Shown: positions 28,540 to 35,929 of the stretch, piece by piece | Layout: every line of letters begins with the position of its first letter | Numbering within the stretch: the first letter of the stretch is position 1 | DNA from: Victivallaceae bacterium | GTDB lineage: Bacteria; Verrucomicrobiota; Lentisphaeria; Victivallales; Victivallaceae | Reading direction: 5' to 3' | Length of the DNA stretch: 64,000 nucleotides | Assembly: GCA_024405735.1 (NCBI GenBank) | Contig: JAKSOF010000004.1 | Location: forward strand, 44,817 to 108,816 | Made by a program: the position numbers and the translations under genes | Notes under the pieces: generated by a model | The model's input: only the letters and a program-made list of their open reading frames with translations | Database searches by the model: none | Told to the model about the DNA's origin: nothing

Positions 28540-29286
28540 TTAGTTTAACGTTTTGAAAGCCTTGTTTTCAAAACCCATGCCTTCCAGACCGCCCTTGTCC
28601 TGCGAATCGGCGTGACCGTCGGCATAACTGATCGTCGCCTTGTCCTGATGGAGCAAAGCGACAAAACTGTCGGTACCTTGTTCATCAAATTTCCAAATTG
28701 TCTTGCTGAGCGGATTTTCTTTGCCGCTGGCTGTCTCAAAAGCATCGGCAAAGAGCGGCAACGTGGAAGTCGAGCGCATCTGCCGAAACGAATAATAAAC
28801 GACTCCGTCTCCGCGGTTGTCGATGCGGAAGTCACCATAACGCGCTTTGTATGCTTTTGTTTGACCTTTGATGGTGGTATCCAGCCATTTGGCGACGTCG
28901 AACATCGCGGAAACCTGAAGTTCCTCTTTTCTTTCGGAGTCGATCTTGGCAAGCGGACAACGCATCGCGGGAAAACTCATATAGACCCGCCCCGTCGGTC
29001 GGTCATCCGTATCGTATGCCGAAAGCGTATAGCCGCGGAAAAGCAGGGAATAGGGTTTGTCGCTGCCGAAAGAAAAAATGATTTCGCGATTATGATCCGT
29101 CGCATAGGAATTGGCGACCTGGGCGAGACTGCGTTTGTTGTTGAGACAGGTCGTCGCCTGACTGACGGCGCGCGCCCGGTTGAGCGCGGGAAAGACCAGT
29201 CCGGCGAGGATGCCGATGATCGCGATGACGACGAGGATTTCGACCAGAGTGAAAGAGTGAATACGGCGCATTGTGATTTTCTCCAT
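28540..29286 (-). CDS. prepilin-type N-terminal cleavage/methylation protein with DUF1559 (H-X9-DG) domain
   Basis: FTLVEILVVIAIIGILAGLVFPALNRAR N-terminus. C-terminal HQDKATISYADG fits H-X9-DG. Confidence 0.85.
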   Translation of the reverse strand: MEKITMRRIHSFTLVEILVVIAIIGILAGLVFPALNRARAVSQATTCLNNKRSLAQVANSYATDHNREIIFSFGSDKPYSLLFRGYTLSAYDTDDRPTGRVYMSFPAMRCPLAKIDSERKEELQVSAMFDVAKWLDTTIKGQTKAYKARYGDFRIDNRGDGVVYYSFRQMRSTSTLPLFADAFETASGKENPLSKTIWKFDEQGTDSFVALLHQDKATISYADGHADSQDKGGLEGMGFENKAFKTLN

Positions 29287-29388
29287 AAGTTTGGGGTAGA
29301 TTCTCCTTTAATTTATGCCATTGTCACGGTTTTTCAAGCGCAAGTACCGGGATTTACAAAAAAAATCGAATTTTTTTACATTCCGGGA

Positions 29389-29416
29389 TTGAAAAATCGG
29401 AAAAATCCAATATAGT
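29389..29416 (+). promoter_or_regulatory. candidate promoter TTGAAA-N16-TATAGT
   Basis: Hexamers at 29389-29394 and 29411-29416, upstream of the Zn-ribbon gene. Confidence 0.3.
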
Positions 29417-29477
29417 ACCCTCTGTCAATTATCGGAAATGCGTAAAAACGCTCATATTAACGGGAGAAGTGCAAACT

Positions 29478-29888
29478 ATGGCGACAGTGAATTGTCCTTA
29501 TTGCAACATCGAAGTCAGCGAAAGCGCGATCGAAGCCGAAGACGGGTGCTGTCCGGAGTGCGGCGCCGTGATCGGCGCGCCGAGTTCGTTGATGGATGAC
29601 GAAGATTACGACGACCTCGACGATCAGGAAAACGATATTTTCAGCGAATTCGACGACGATGACGACGAGTACGAGGATGACGAATTTGAAGGTGAATTCG
29701 ACGATGACGAATTTGCGCTCGGCGAAGACTTCGATGAAAATGAATTCAGCGACGACGAATTTGCCGAAGAGGACGAGGACTTCGACGAAGACCCCGATTT
29801 TGAGTTGGACGAAGACTTCGACGAGGATTTCGACGAAGAACCCGAGCCGGTAAAAAAATCCGCCGCGAAATCCAAGAAGAAAAAATAA
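29478..29888 (+). CDS. Zn-ribbon protein with extreme acidic (Asp/Glu/Phe) tail and lysine-rich C-terminus
   Basis: The ATG at 29478 follows GGGAGAAG; the track's GTG at 29469 is possible. CPYC...CPEC ribbon, then ~85 aa of almost only D/E/F/Y, ending KKSAAKSKKKK. Confidence 0.7.
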   Translation: MATVNCPYCNIEVSESAIEAEDGCCPECGAVIGAPSSLMDDEDYDDLDDQENDIFSEFDDDDDEYEDDEFEGEFDDDEFALGEDFDENEFSDDEFAEEDEDFDEDPDFELDEDFDEDFDEEPEPVKKSAAKSKKKK

Positions 29889-29913
29889 AAAAGCATCGCT
29901 TTTTAAATACAAA

Positions 29914-30450
29914 ATGATGCTTTTTTTCTGGTTTTTGGCGATCGCGCTTTTTTGCGGTGCTTTCAGCGTATGGTACGCGACGGCATCGGCGGGAAATCTT
30001 GCCGGACGGGAAAAAACCGCCCGCATCCGCTGGGTCGGGATCGTTTTCGGGATCCCCGCGCTCGTCTGGTGCATCCCTCACGCCGGAGCGGTCGCCCCGG
30101 ATTTCCTTGCCCCGCTTTTTTGGCCGCTTGCCATTGTTGTGCCGATCACGGGGTATTTCGTGCTGGATTTTATTTTTGCCCGCGTCGCGGCGGGGTGGGC
30201 GATCATTTTCGGGTATCAGCTGGTGCATCTTTCCTTTGAAGGAATGATCCCGTGCCATACCTTGTTTGCGATCGCCGGGTGGTTGCTCGGCATCGGCGGC
30301 ATCTGGGTGTCGGGGATCCCTCGTCACTTCCGCGACGCCGTCCGGCTTGCCGCACGCAATTGGCATTTCCGCATTGCGATGACGCTCTTTTTCGCCATCG
30401 TCGCCTTGCTTGCGCTTTACGGCATTGTGTGGAGTTGCCTTTATGCCTGA
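29914..30450 (+). CDS. hypothetical polytopic membrane protein
   Basis: 178 aa with ~5 predicted TM helices. The 3' end overlaps the rsmG start. Confidence 0.6.
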   Translation: MMLFFWFLAIALFCGAFSVWYATASAGNLAGREKTARIRWVGIVFGIPALVWCIPHAGAVAPDFLAPLFWPLAIVVPITGYFVLDFIFARVAAGWAIIFGYQLVHLSFEGMIPCHTLFAIAGWLLGIGGIWVSGIPRHFRDAVRLAARNWHFRIAMTLFFAIVALLALYGIVWSCLYA

Positions 30451-31078
30451 TTTCGAGGCTTTTCATCTCGCCGACGCCAAGGCGTTTACCGACCGTTGCG
30501 AAGTTTTGCGCGCGTTGCTGATCGAGGGCAATGCCCGCTGTAATTTGACGCGCATTACGGAAAAGGACGAATTCTTTCAGAAACACGTTTATGATTCGTT
30601 GCTGATCGCATTGGAATTTCCGGAGATCGCGGAAAAACCGTATCTGATCGCCGATGTGGGGTGCGGCGCCGGATTCCCTTCGCTCGTCCTCGCGCTCGCG
30701 TATCCGCGTTTGCACATCACTTCCATTGATTCGACGGGCAAAAAAATCGATTTCGTCAAAAGCGCGGCGGCGGCGTTGAAATTGACCAATCTCACCGCGA
30801 TCCAAGGGCGCGCCGTGGAACTCAACCGCAAAGAGGAATTCCGTCATAAATTCGATTTGGTGACGGCACGCGCCGTCGCTCCTTCGCCGAAAATCGCCGC
30901 GGAAACGACGAATTTCCTCAACCGGACGGGATTTTACGCTTTTTACAAGACACCCAATCAGGCGGCGGAAGAATTGCCGCAACTTGCCAGGGACAACCGC
31001 TACAAGTGGCGCGTCAGCGTTACGCGTACACTGGATTACGGCGAAAGATGTTTTGTGACGGGAGAGAAAAAAGCATAA
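30443..31078 (+). CDS. rsmG: 16S rRNA (guanine527-N7)-methyltransferase
   Basis: GidB pattern: NLTRI...HVYDSL, SAM motif DVGCGAGFPSLVLA, and TARAVA. Confidence 0.88.
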   Translation: MPDFEAFHLADAKAFTDRCEVLRALLIEGNARCNLTRITEKDEFFQKHVYDSLLIALEFPEIAEKPYLIADVGCGAGFPSLVLALAYPRLHITSIDSTGKKIDFVKSAAAALKLTNLTAIQGRAVELNRKEEFRHKFDLVTARAVAPSPKIAAETTNFLNRTGFYAFYKTPNQAAEELPQLARDNRYKWRVSVTRTLDYGERCFVTGEKKA

Positions 31079-31139
31079 CGCTTTTTTAGTTTCAAGTTAT
31101 CCCGCATTCCGTCGGAAAATCGTAATCAGACGATGATTC

Positions 31140-31168
31140 TTGACAAAAACGTCCGGTACTAATATATT
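31140..31168 (+). promoter_or_regulatory. promoter TTGACA-N17-TATATT
   Basis: Hexamers at 31140-31145 and 31163-31168. AAGGAAAC RBS before the ATG at 31205. Confidence 0.45.
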
Positions 31169-31204
31169 ATACATATACAAACCAACATTAAGGAAACAAT
31201 CCCG

Positions 31205-32584
31205 ATGCGCACTGTTTTTTGTTTTCTCGCTTTTTTTGCTTTCGTTTCGCCGCTTTCCGCTTTTGATCTCGCGGAAAAAATGACGGCGGACTTTTTCAAG
31301 ACCGCCAACGACCAAATTGAAACCGCCTACCCAGGATGGGTGCCGGGCAACGAGGAAAAAAGCATCTGGTGCGCCGGAGGCGAAGACAAGCCGACGCTCG
31401 GAAGTCTGCCGCTTGCCGAAGCCCGGCTTTTTGTCGACAAAACGGCTCCGGAAAAACTCGTCCTCGTCGCCTACCGTTACGCTTCGGCGGAAAAAAAACT
31501 CAATTCCGCCGACGGCGCGGAACTTCATCAGAAATTCATTGCCGCGCTCGCCCAAAATTTTCCCGATGAAGCCGGACGCTTTGCCGACCGCTTTGAACAA
31601 ATTCAGCTTTCCGGCTCTTTGCGGCGCGGAGCTTGGGGCGAAGCCCTCATCTGTTATGCCACGCTGAAACGCGGCCCCGTCATCCTGCTTGCGGGGATCT
31701 ATCCCGTCGGCACCGCGCCCAAGCGGATGATCGATTTTTTCACCGATGCGGCTTCTTTCCGTTACCGTGCCTGTTTCGACGCCGATAAAAATGCGTTGCT
31801 CTATCCCGTTCCCGCCGGCGCCGCCGGATTGCAGGGATACGGTTTCGCTTCGGCGACGGCGCGCCTCGCCGCTTACTACGGCGTCAGTGCGACGCCGCAA
31901 CAAATCCAGGAAGCCGTCGGCGGCAAGGAAAAACCGCAAAAAGCCGCCCCTGCGCCCGCTCCCGCCCCCGCTCCGGACGGCAAAAAGAAAAAGAAGAAAA
32001 AGTCCTCCTCTTCCGCCAAGGTCACCGTCAATCCCGGAAAAGACGCCGCCAATCTCGTCGACACCTGGCGTGCCATCCGCAAAATGGAAAGCAAAACCGG
32101 GATTTCCTGCCGCGAGATCCTCGACGGCGACAGTTTCCTCACCCGCAATCAATGCAACAAGTTGAAAAATGTCTACAACCGTTTCGCGACGGAAGCCAAT
32201 CACAAGGCGCACAAGGATGTCGTCAAAACGCTTGATTTCGACGACAATCCGCCGGACAAAGTCCCCGCGCTCAACCCGGAAAACCTCACCAAAGCGCGCG
32301 CCGCCAACAAGATCGGACTCAACCGCTTCCGATCCGAAGTCGAAAGGATGCTTTCCCGCGGCGATCTGCCGCTTTGGTGCGCGATGGGCTTCAAAGCCGA
32401 CAAGAGCGGAAAACTCGCCACCGGCGCCCCCGCCCCCTCTTGGCGCATCATCTGCGGTATCAATGCCAAAGAGGGCAAACTTTACTACGTCGATTGTTTC
32501 ACCGCTCTCGAAGCCACAGAGATCTCCGTCGAAGAAGCCTGGGCGATCACGCTGAAACTTTATCAGCTCGGCGAGAGAAGATAA
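31205..32584 (+). CDS. secreted hypothetical protein with PAPAPAPAP-K7-S4 linker
   Basis: Signal peptide MRTVFCFLAFFAFVSPLSA and normal amino-acid composition. The longer antisense ORF (31097..32662) is Gly/Arg/Phe-rich junk. Confidence 0.7.
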   Translation: MRTVFCFLAFFAFVSPLSAFDLAEKMTADFFKTANDQIETAYPGWVPGNEEKSIWCAGGEDKPTLGSLPLAEARLFVDKTAPEKLVLVAYRYASAEKKLNSADGAELHQKFIAALAQNFPDEAGRFADRFEQIQLSGSLRRGAWGEALICYATLKRGPVILLAGIYPVGTAPKRMIDFFTDAASFRYRACFDADKNALLYPVPAGAAGLQGYGFASATARLAAYYGVSATPQQIQEAVGGKEKPQKAAPAPAPAPAPDGKKKKKKKSSSSAKVTVNPGKDAANLVDTWRAIRKMESKTGISCREILDGDSFLTRNQCNKLKNVYNRFATEANHKAHKDVVKTLDFDDNPPDKVPALNPENLTKARAANKIGLNRFRSEVERMLSRGDLPLWCAMGFKADKSGKLATGAPAPSWRIICGINAKEGKLYYVDCFTALEATEISVEEAWAITLKLYQLGERR

Positions 32585-32626
32585 CGGGAAATATGAAACC
32601 GCGAATGAACGCGAATGGACACGAAT
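32575..32626 (+). repeat. left inverted arm of the GxxExxY cassette
   Basis: GAGAAGATAACGGGAAATATGAAACCGCGAATGAACGCGAATGGACACGAAT. Includes the TAA stop (32582-32584) of the upstream gene. Confidence 0.8.
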
Positions 32627-32703
32627 ATTTCCGCAATATGCCTGCGCTTGCGGTGAAAACACTGCGCAATAAACGGTGATTTATCGACGACGATTGGCAA
32701 TCA

Positions 32704-33099
32704 CTACTTGTTGCTACTCGTCAATACCAATCGCTCCCATTCAAGACGCGGATGTTTGAAATTCAATAAGATACCGACGGAATTACCCGTAATTTTCAAA
32801 TAATTCAGCATCTGTCCACGTTCAATGTCAGTAATTGCGCTGATTACTTTAGTGTCTACGATAATATGTTCAAAGACGACTAAATCCGGAATATAATCCC
32901 CTATCGGCACCTCTTTGTAAGTCACTTGATAACGAGGCTGTTGGACAAAAGGAATTCCCTGCAGACGAAATTCAACGCACAAGGCATTTTCGTAAGGCTT
33001 TTCCAACAAACCGCATCCAAGCGTATTCAACACCTCAAATGCGCACCCCACGATTTTCCGGACTTCATCGCCCAAAATCAAGTTTTTGCTGTTTTGCAC
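32704..33099 (-). CDS. GxxExxY protein (PD-(D/E)XK nuclease-like, PDDEXK_3/TIGR04256-type)
   Basis: 131 aa. GCGLLEKPYENAL (G-xx-E-xx-Y), IPDLVVFEHIIVDTK (D...E/D-x-K-like core), NYLKITGNSVGILLNF. Confidence 0.9.
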   Translation of the reverse strand: MQNSKNLILGDEVRKIVGCAFEVLNTLGCGLLEKPYENALCVEFRLQGIPFVQQPRYQVTYKEVPIGDYIPDLVVFEHIIVDTKVISAITDIERGQMLNYLKITGNSVGILLNFKHPRLEWERLVLTSSNK

Positions 33100-33133
33100 A
33101 AAAATACCTGTCAGACAACTGTGAACAAATGCT

Positions 33134-33435
33134 ATTTCCGCGGCGGCTTCCGCGACAATTTCATCCGCGAGTGAAATTCTGTGCCGTTTTTTGAAACCGC
33201 TAATTCACACGAATTCACACTAATCATTTTCTTTTTAATTCGTGTTTATTCGCGTTTATTCGCGGTTTCTAATCCCCATCCGCGCGGGTATCACGCCATT
33301 TTCGCGGCGGCGTCCGCGACAATTTCATCCGCAAGTGAAATTCAGCGTCGTTTTTTTTGAAACCGCTAATTCACACTAATACACACTAATCATTTTCTTT
33401 TTAATTCGTGTTTATTCGCGTTTATTCGCGGTTTC
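33134..33435. repeat. two tandem ~137-nt units (period 164 nt), each ending in a 77-nt imperfect hairpin
   Basis: Unit 1 is 33134-33269 and unit 2 is 33298-33435. By eye they differ by ~8 substitutions plus a 2-nt indel. The hairpins are 33193-33269 and 33359-33435. Confidence 0.85.
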
Positions 33436-33454
33436 ATATTTCCCGTTACTTCTC
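33404..33454 (-). repeat. right inverted arm of the GxxExxY cassette
   Basis: The reverse complement is GAGAAGTAACGGGAAATATGAAACCGCGAATAAACGCGAATAAACACGAAT. Includes the rnfE stop codon (33446-33448). Confidence 0.8.
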
Positions 33455-34123
33455 GTCGGGATTGCAGATCATGCAATGTCTGCAATCCAAACCGTCGGGC
33501 GGGATGTACAGTTTGCCCGCTTTGACCGCCGCGCGGCGGGTGAGGTAGTTGCGGAAGCCCAAAATACAGCCGACGATGATAAAGGCGCCGGGCGCCGCCG
33601 CCGGAAGCAGAAAATCCGTCTGCCACGCCGTGATGACTTTGATCCCGAAAAGACTGCCGGAACTCAAAAATTCACGCAGCATCCCCAGCATCGTCAGCGT
33701 CAGCGTAAAGCCGAGCCCCATCCCGATGCCGTCAAAAATGGAACGCAACGGATTGTTTTTGGAGGCAAACGCTTCCGCCCTGCCGAGCACGATGCAGTTC
33801 ACGACGATCAGCGGGATGAAAATCCCGAGCGCGTCATAGAGCGACGCCGGAGCATATGCCTGCATCAGGAAGTCGACGATCGTCACAAACGTCGCGATCA
33901 CGACGATATAGACGGGGATGCGGATGCGTTGCGGCACGATGGTTTTGATGCAACTTACCACAAAGTTACTGCACGCGAGAACGAATGTCACCGCGAGCCC
34001 CATTCCGATGCCGTTGATCGCCTGTGTCGTCAACGCAAGCGTCGGGCAAGTTCCCAGCAAGAGCACCAACACCGGATTTTCTTTCCAGATGCCGCGCACC
34101 AAGTCTTTCAAAGCGGTCAACAT
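33446..34123 (-). CDS. rnfE: Rnf electron-transport complex subunit E
   Basis: WKENPVLVLLLGTCPTLA, IPLIVVNCIVLGRAEAFA. Confidence 0.93.
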   Translation of the reverse strand: MLTALKDLVRGIWKENPVLVLLLGTCPTLALTTQAINGIGMGLAVTFVLACSNFVVSCIKTIVPQRIRIPVYIVVIATFVTIVDFLMQAYAPASLYDALGIFIPLIVVNCIVLGRAEAFASKNNPLRSIFDGIGMGLGFTLTLTMLGMLREFLSSGSLFGIKVITAWQTDFLLPAAAPGAFIIVGCILGFRNYLTRRAAVKAGKLYIPPDGLDCRHCMICNPDEK

Positions 34124-34125
34124 CG

Positions 34126-34782
34126 TTAAAATCCCTCCAAAAGCGTTTTCCGGGATGCCGCGAAACTCGTCACGACGTCGCCGACCAGAGCCGTCAAAGC
34201 GCGACTCGTCACCGTCGCCCCCGTTTTAAAATCAAAATTCCCGCCGTCCTTGCTGACGCGCCAGTCGTTTCCGTCGGCGGATTTTCCCGCATACTGGTCG
34301 AGCAACGCATTGGGCGGCAAGCCTTCCGGCGTCGGTTCCGTAAAGTTGTGGATCGTCTTGACGAATTTCCGCGTACAGACATCCGCGCCGAGCCCCGGAG
34401 TTTCTTTCTGCTCGGTCACCATCACCTGCAGGACTTCACCTTGCGGTGTCAGCGCGACGAGCATTTCAATTTTTCCGGCATAACCTTGTTTCGTCGCCGC
34501 CTTGGCGATGACAGCGACGAGTTTCCCCGCCTTTTTGGCATAGTAAATTTCCGCTTCGCTCCCGTTGGCGAGCGCAAGTTTCCTGTCTCCTTTCGTCACC
34601 GTATCGAAATCCGGCACGAGCAGTTTCAGATTTTTGGCGAGCGCGCGCTCTTTGGCGGCGGCGATCGGTTTTTTCGTCACTTCATTGACCGCGCCGAGCA
34701 ACAGCGCCGAAAGCAGACCGACCGCGCACAGAAATGCGCCGAGCACCCAGATGTTTTCCGTTTTACGCAAAGAAAACCGCAT
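34126..34782 (-). CDS. rnfG: Rnf complex subunit G (FMN-binding)
   Basis: N-terminal TM helix, FMN_bind-like region (KETPGLG, TGATVTSRAL), and position between rnfD and rnfE. Confidence 0.85.
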   Translation of the reverse strand: MRFSLRKTENIWVLGAFLCAVGLLSALLLGAVNEVTKKPIAAAKERALAKNLKLLVPDFDTVTKGDRKLALANGSEAEIYYAKKAGKLVAVIAKAATKQGYAGKIEMLVALTPQGEVLQVMVTEQKETPGLGADVCTRKFVKTIHNFTEPTPEGLPPNALLDQYAGKSADGNDWRVSKDGGNFDFKTGATVTSRALTALVGDVVTSFAASRKTLLEGF

Positions 34783-34783
34783 T

Positions 34784-35920
34784 TTACACCTCCTTGCGGC
34801 GACGGGTATAGCCGAACGGCCGTTTGACGAACCAGCGGTCGATCAACGGCACCAGTGCATTCATAAAGAGGATGGAAAAACTCACCCCTTCCGGATAATT
34901 TCCCCAAATGCGGATGACCGTCGTGATGATCCCGCAACCGATGGCGAAAATCACGCACCCCGTACCGCTGATCGGCGATGTCACCATGTCGGTCGCCATA
35001 AAGATCGCTCCGAGCAGAAGCCCCCCCGTCAGCAGATGAAAGACCGGAGTCGGTGTCATCTGCGGCGCGAAATAGTGGATGATCGCCGTCAGCACGCCGA
35101 CCGTCCCCGCAAAGTAAAGCGGCACACGCCAGTTGATCAGATTGAAAAGGACGAGCAAGATCCCTCCGAGCAACAGCGCCGGAGCGCAGGTCTCGCCGAT
35201 ACAACCGCCCTGGCGGCCGATGAAATATTCTTTCCACATCGCGGAATTATCGACTTTTTCAAAGCGGTATTTCCCCGGCGCCGCGACCGAAGTCGAAGCA
35301 ACGCCAAGCGGCGTCGCGCAGGTGACAAGATCGCACTCTTTTGCTTCCGGCGTCGCGTGCGTCACCGTCGCCGAAGGCTCCGCCATACCGAAAACGGCGT
35401 GTTGCGGATACTCCGCGCTCTCCATTCCGCGGGCGGGACTCCACGTCGTCATCAGCGCGGGCAGCGCGATGAGAAGTCCCACTCGTCCGACGAGCACGGG
35501 ATTGAAAGGATTGTTGCCCAAGCCGCCATAGATCTGCTTGCCGAGCCAGATCGCCAGTACCGCACCGATCAGCGGCACGTAAAACGGCACCCCCGGCGGC
35601 AGATTCAAGGCGAGCAAAAGTCCCGTGACCGCCGCGGAGCAATCCCCGATCGTCCGCCACACCGGCTTACCCGCCAGAAAGCACCAGAGCGCTTCCGCGC
35701 CGATGCAGAAAACCAGACTGTAAAGGATCACGCGCAATGCGGGCGCGCCGAAAAACCAGATGCCCGCCGCCACCGCCGGAAGCAAACTGACGATGACATA
35801 GAGCATGATCCTGCCTTCATCTGCCGAACTCGACAGATGCGGCGAACTCGACAGCACCAGATGTTTGGCATCCGGCAACCGGAGCCCCGTTTTTTCTTTT
35901 TTATCGCTGAAAAGACTCAT
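34784..35920 (-). CDS. rnfD: Rnf complex subunit D
   Basis: NqrB/RnfD family with FMATDMVTSP (FMN attachment region) and a polytopic layout. Confidence 0.93.
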   Translation of the reverse strand: MSLFSDKKEKTGLRLPDAKHLVLSSSPHLSSSADEGRIMLYVIVSLLPAVAAGIWFFGAPALRVILYSLVFCIGAEALWCFLAGKPVWRTIGDCSAAVTGLLLALNLPPGVPFYVPLIGAVLAIWLGKQIYGGLGNNPFNPVLVGRVGLLIALPALMTTWSPARGMESAEYPQHAVFGMAEPSATVTHATPEAKECDLVTCATPLGVASTSVAAPGKYRFEKVDNSAMWKEYFIGRQGGCIGETCAPALLLGGILLVLFNLINWRVPLYFAGTVGVLTAIIHYFAPQMTPTPVFHLLTGGLLLGAIFMATDMVTSPISGTGCVIFAIGCGIITTVIRIWGNYPEGVSFSILFMNALVPLIDRWFVKRPFGYTRRRKEV

Positions 35921-35929
35921 AAAGCCCCC

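Larger units (their letters stand above)
32575..33454. mobile_element. possible non-autonomous cassette: GxxExxY gene plus repeats bounded by ~52-nt inverted arms
   Basis: The arms match at 48 of 52 aligned positions. The interior is visibly more AT-rich than its neighbours. No transposase is present. Mobility is inferred, not shown. Confidence 0.3.

Noticed and set aside
29596-29896. Multiple overlapping ORFs on both strands inside the acidic-protein gene
   Set aside because: They are a by-product of the GAY/GAR low-complexity repeat. Only the frame continuous with the Zn-ribbon and RBS is credible.
29886-29910. AAAAAGC-loop-GCTTTTT hairpins overlapping the stops of the acidic-protein gene and of rsmG (31066-31088) as terminators
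   Set aside because: The stems are almost entirely A-U with only two G-C pairs, which is too weak to call. The next gene follows within 25 nt at the first site.
31945-32010. Pro-Ala / poly-Lys / poly-Ser coding tract as a slipped-strand phase-variation site
   Set aside because: The A-rich run is interrupted (AAAAAGAAAAAGAAGAAAAAG) rather than a pure homopolymer, and the CCNGCN repeats are imperfect. It is more likely an ordinary flexible linker.
33134-33435. Possible CRISPR array or tRNA-like element in the repeat region
   Set aside because: Only two long (~137-nt) units are present, with a 28-nt linker. There is no short repeat/unique spacer periodicity and there are no cas genes. No cloverleaf could be drawn.
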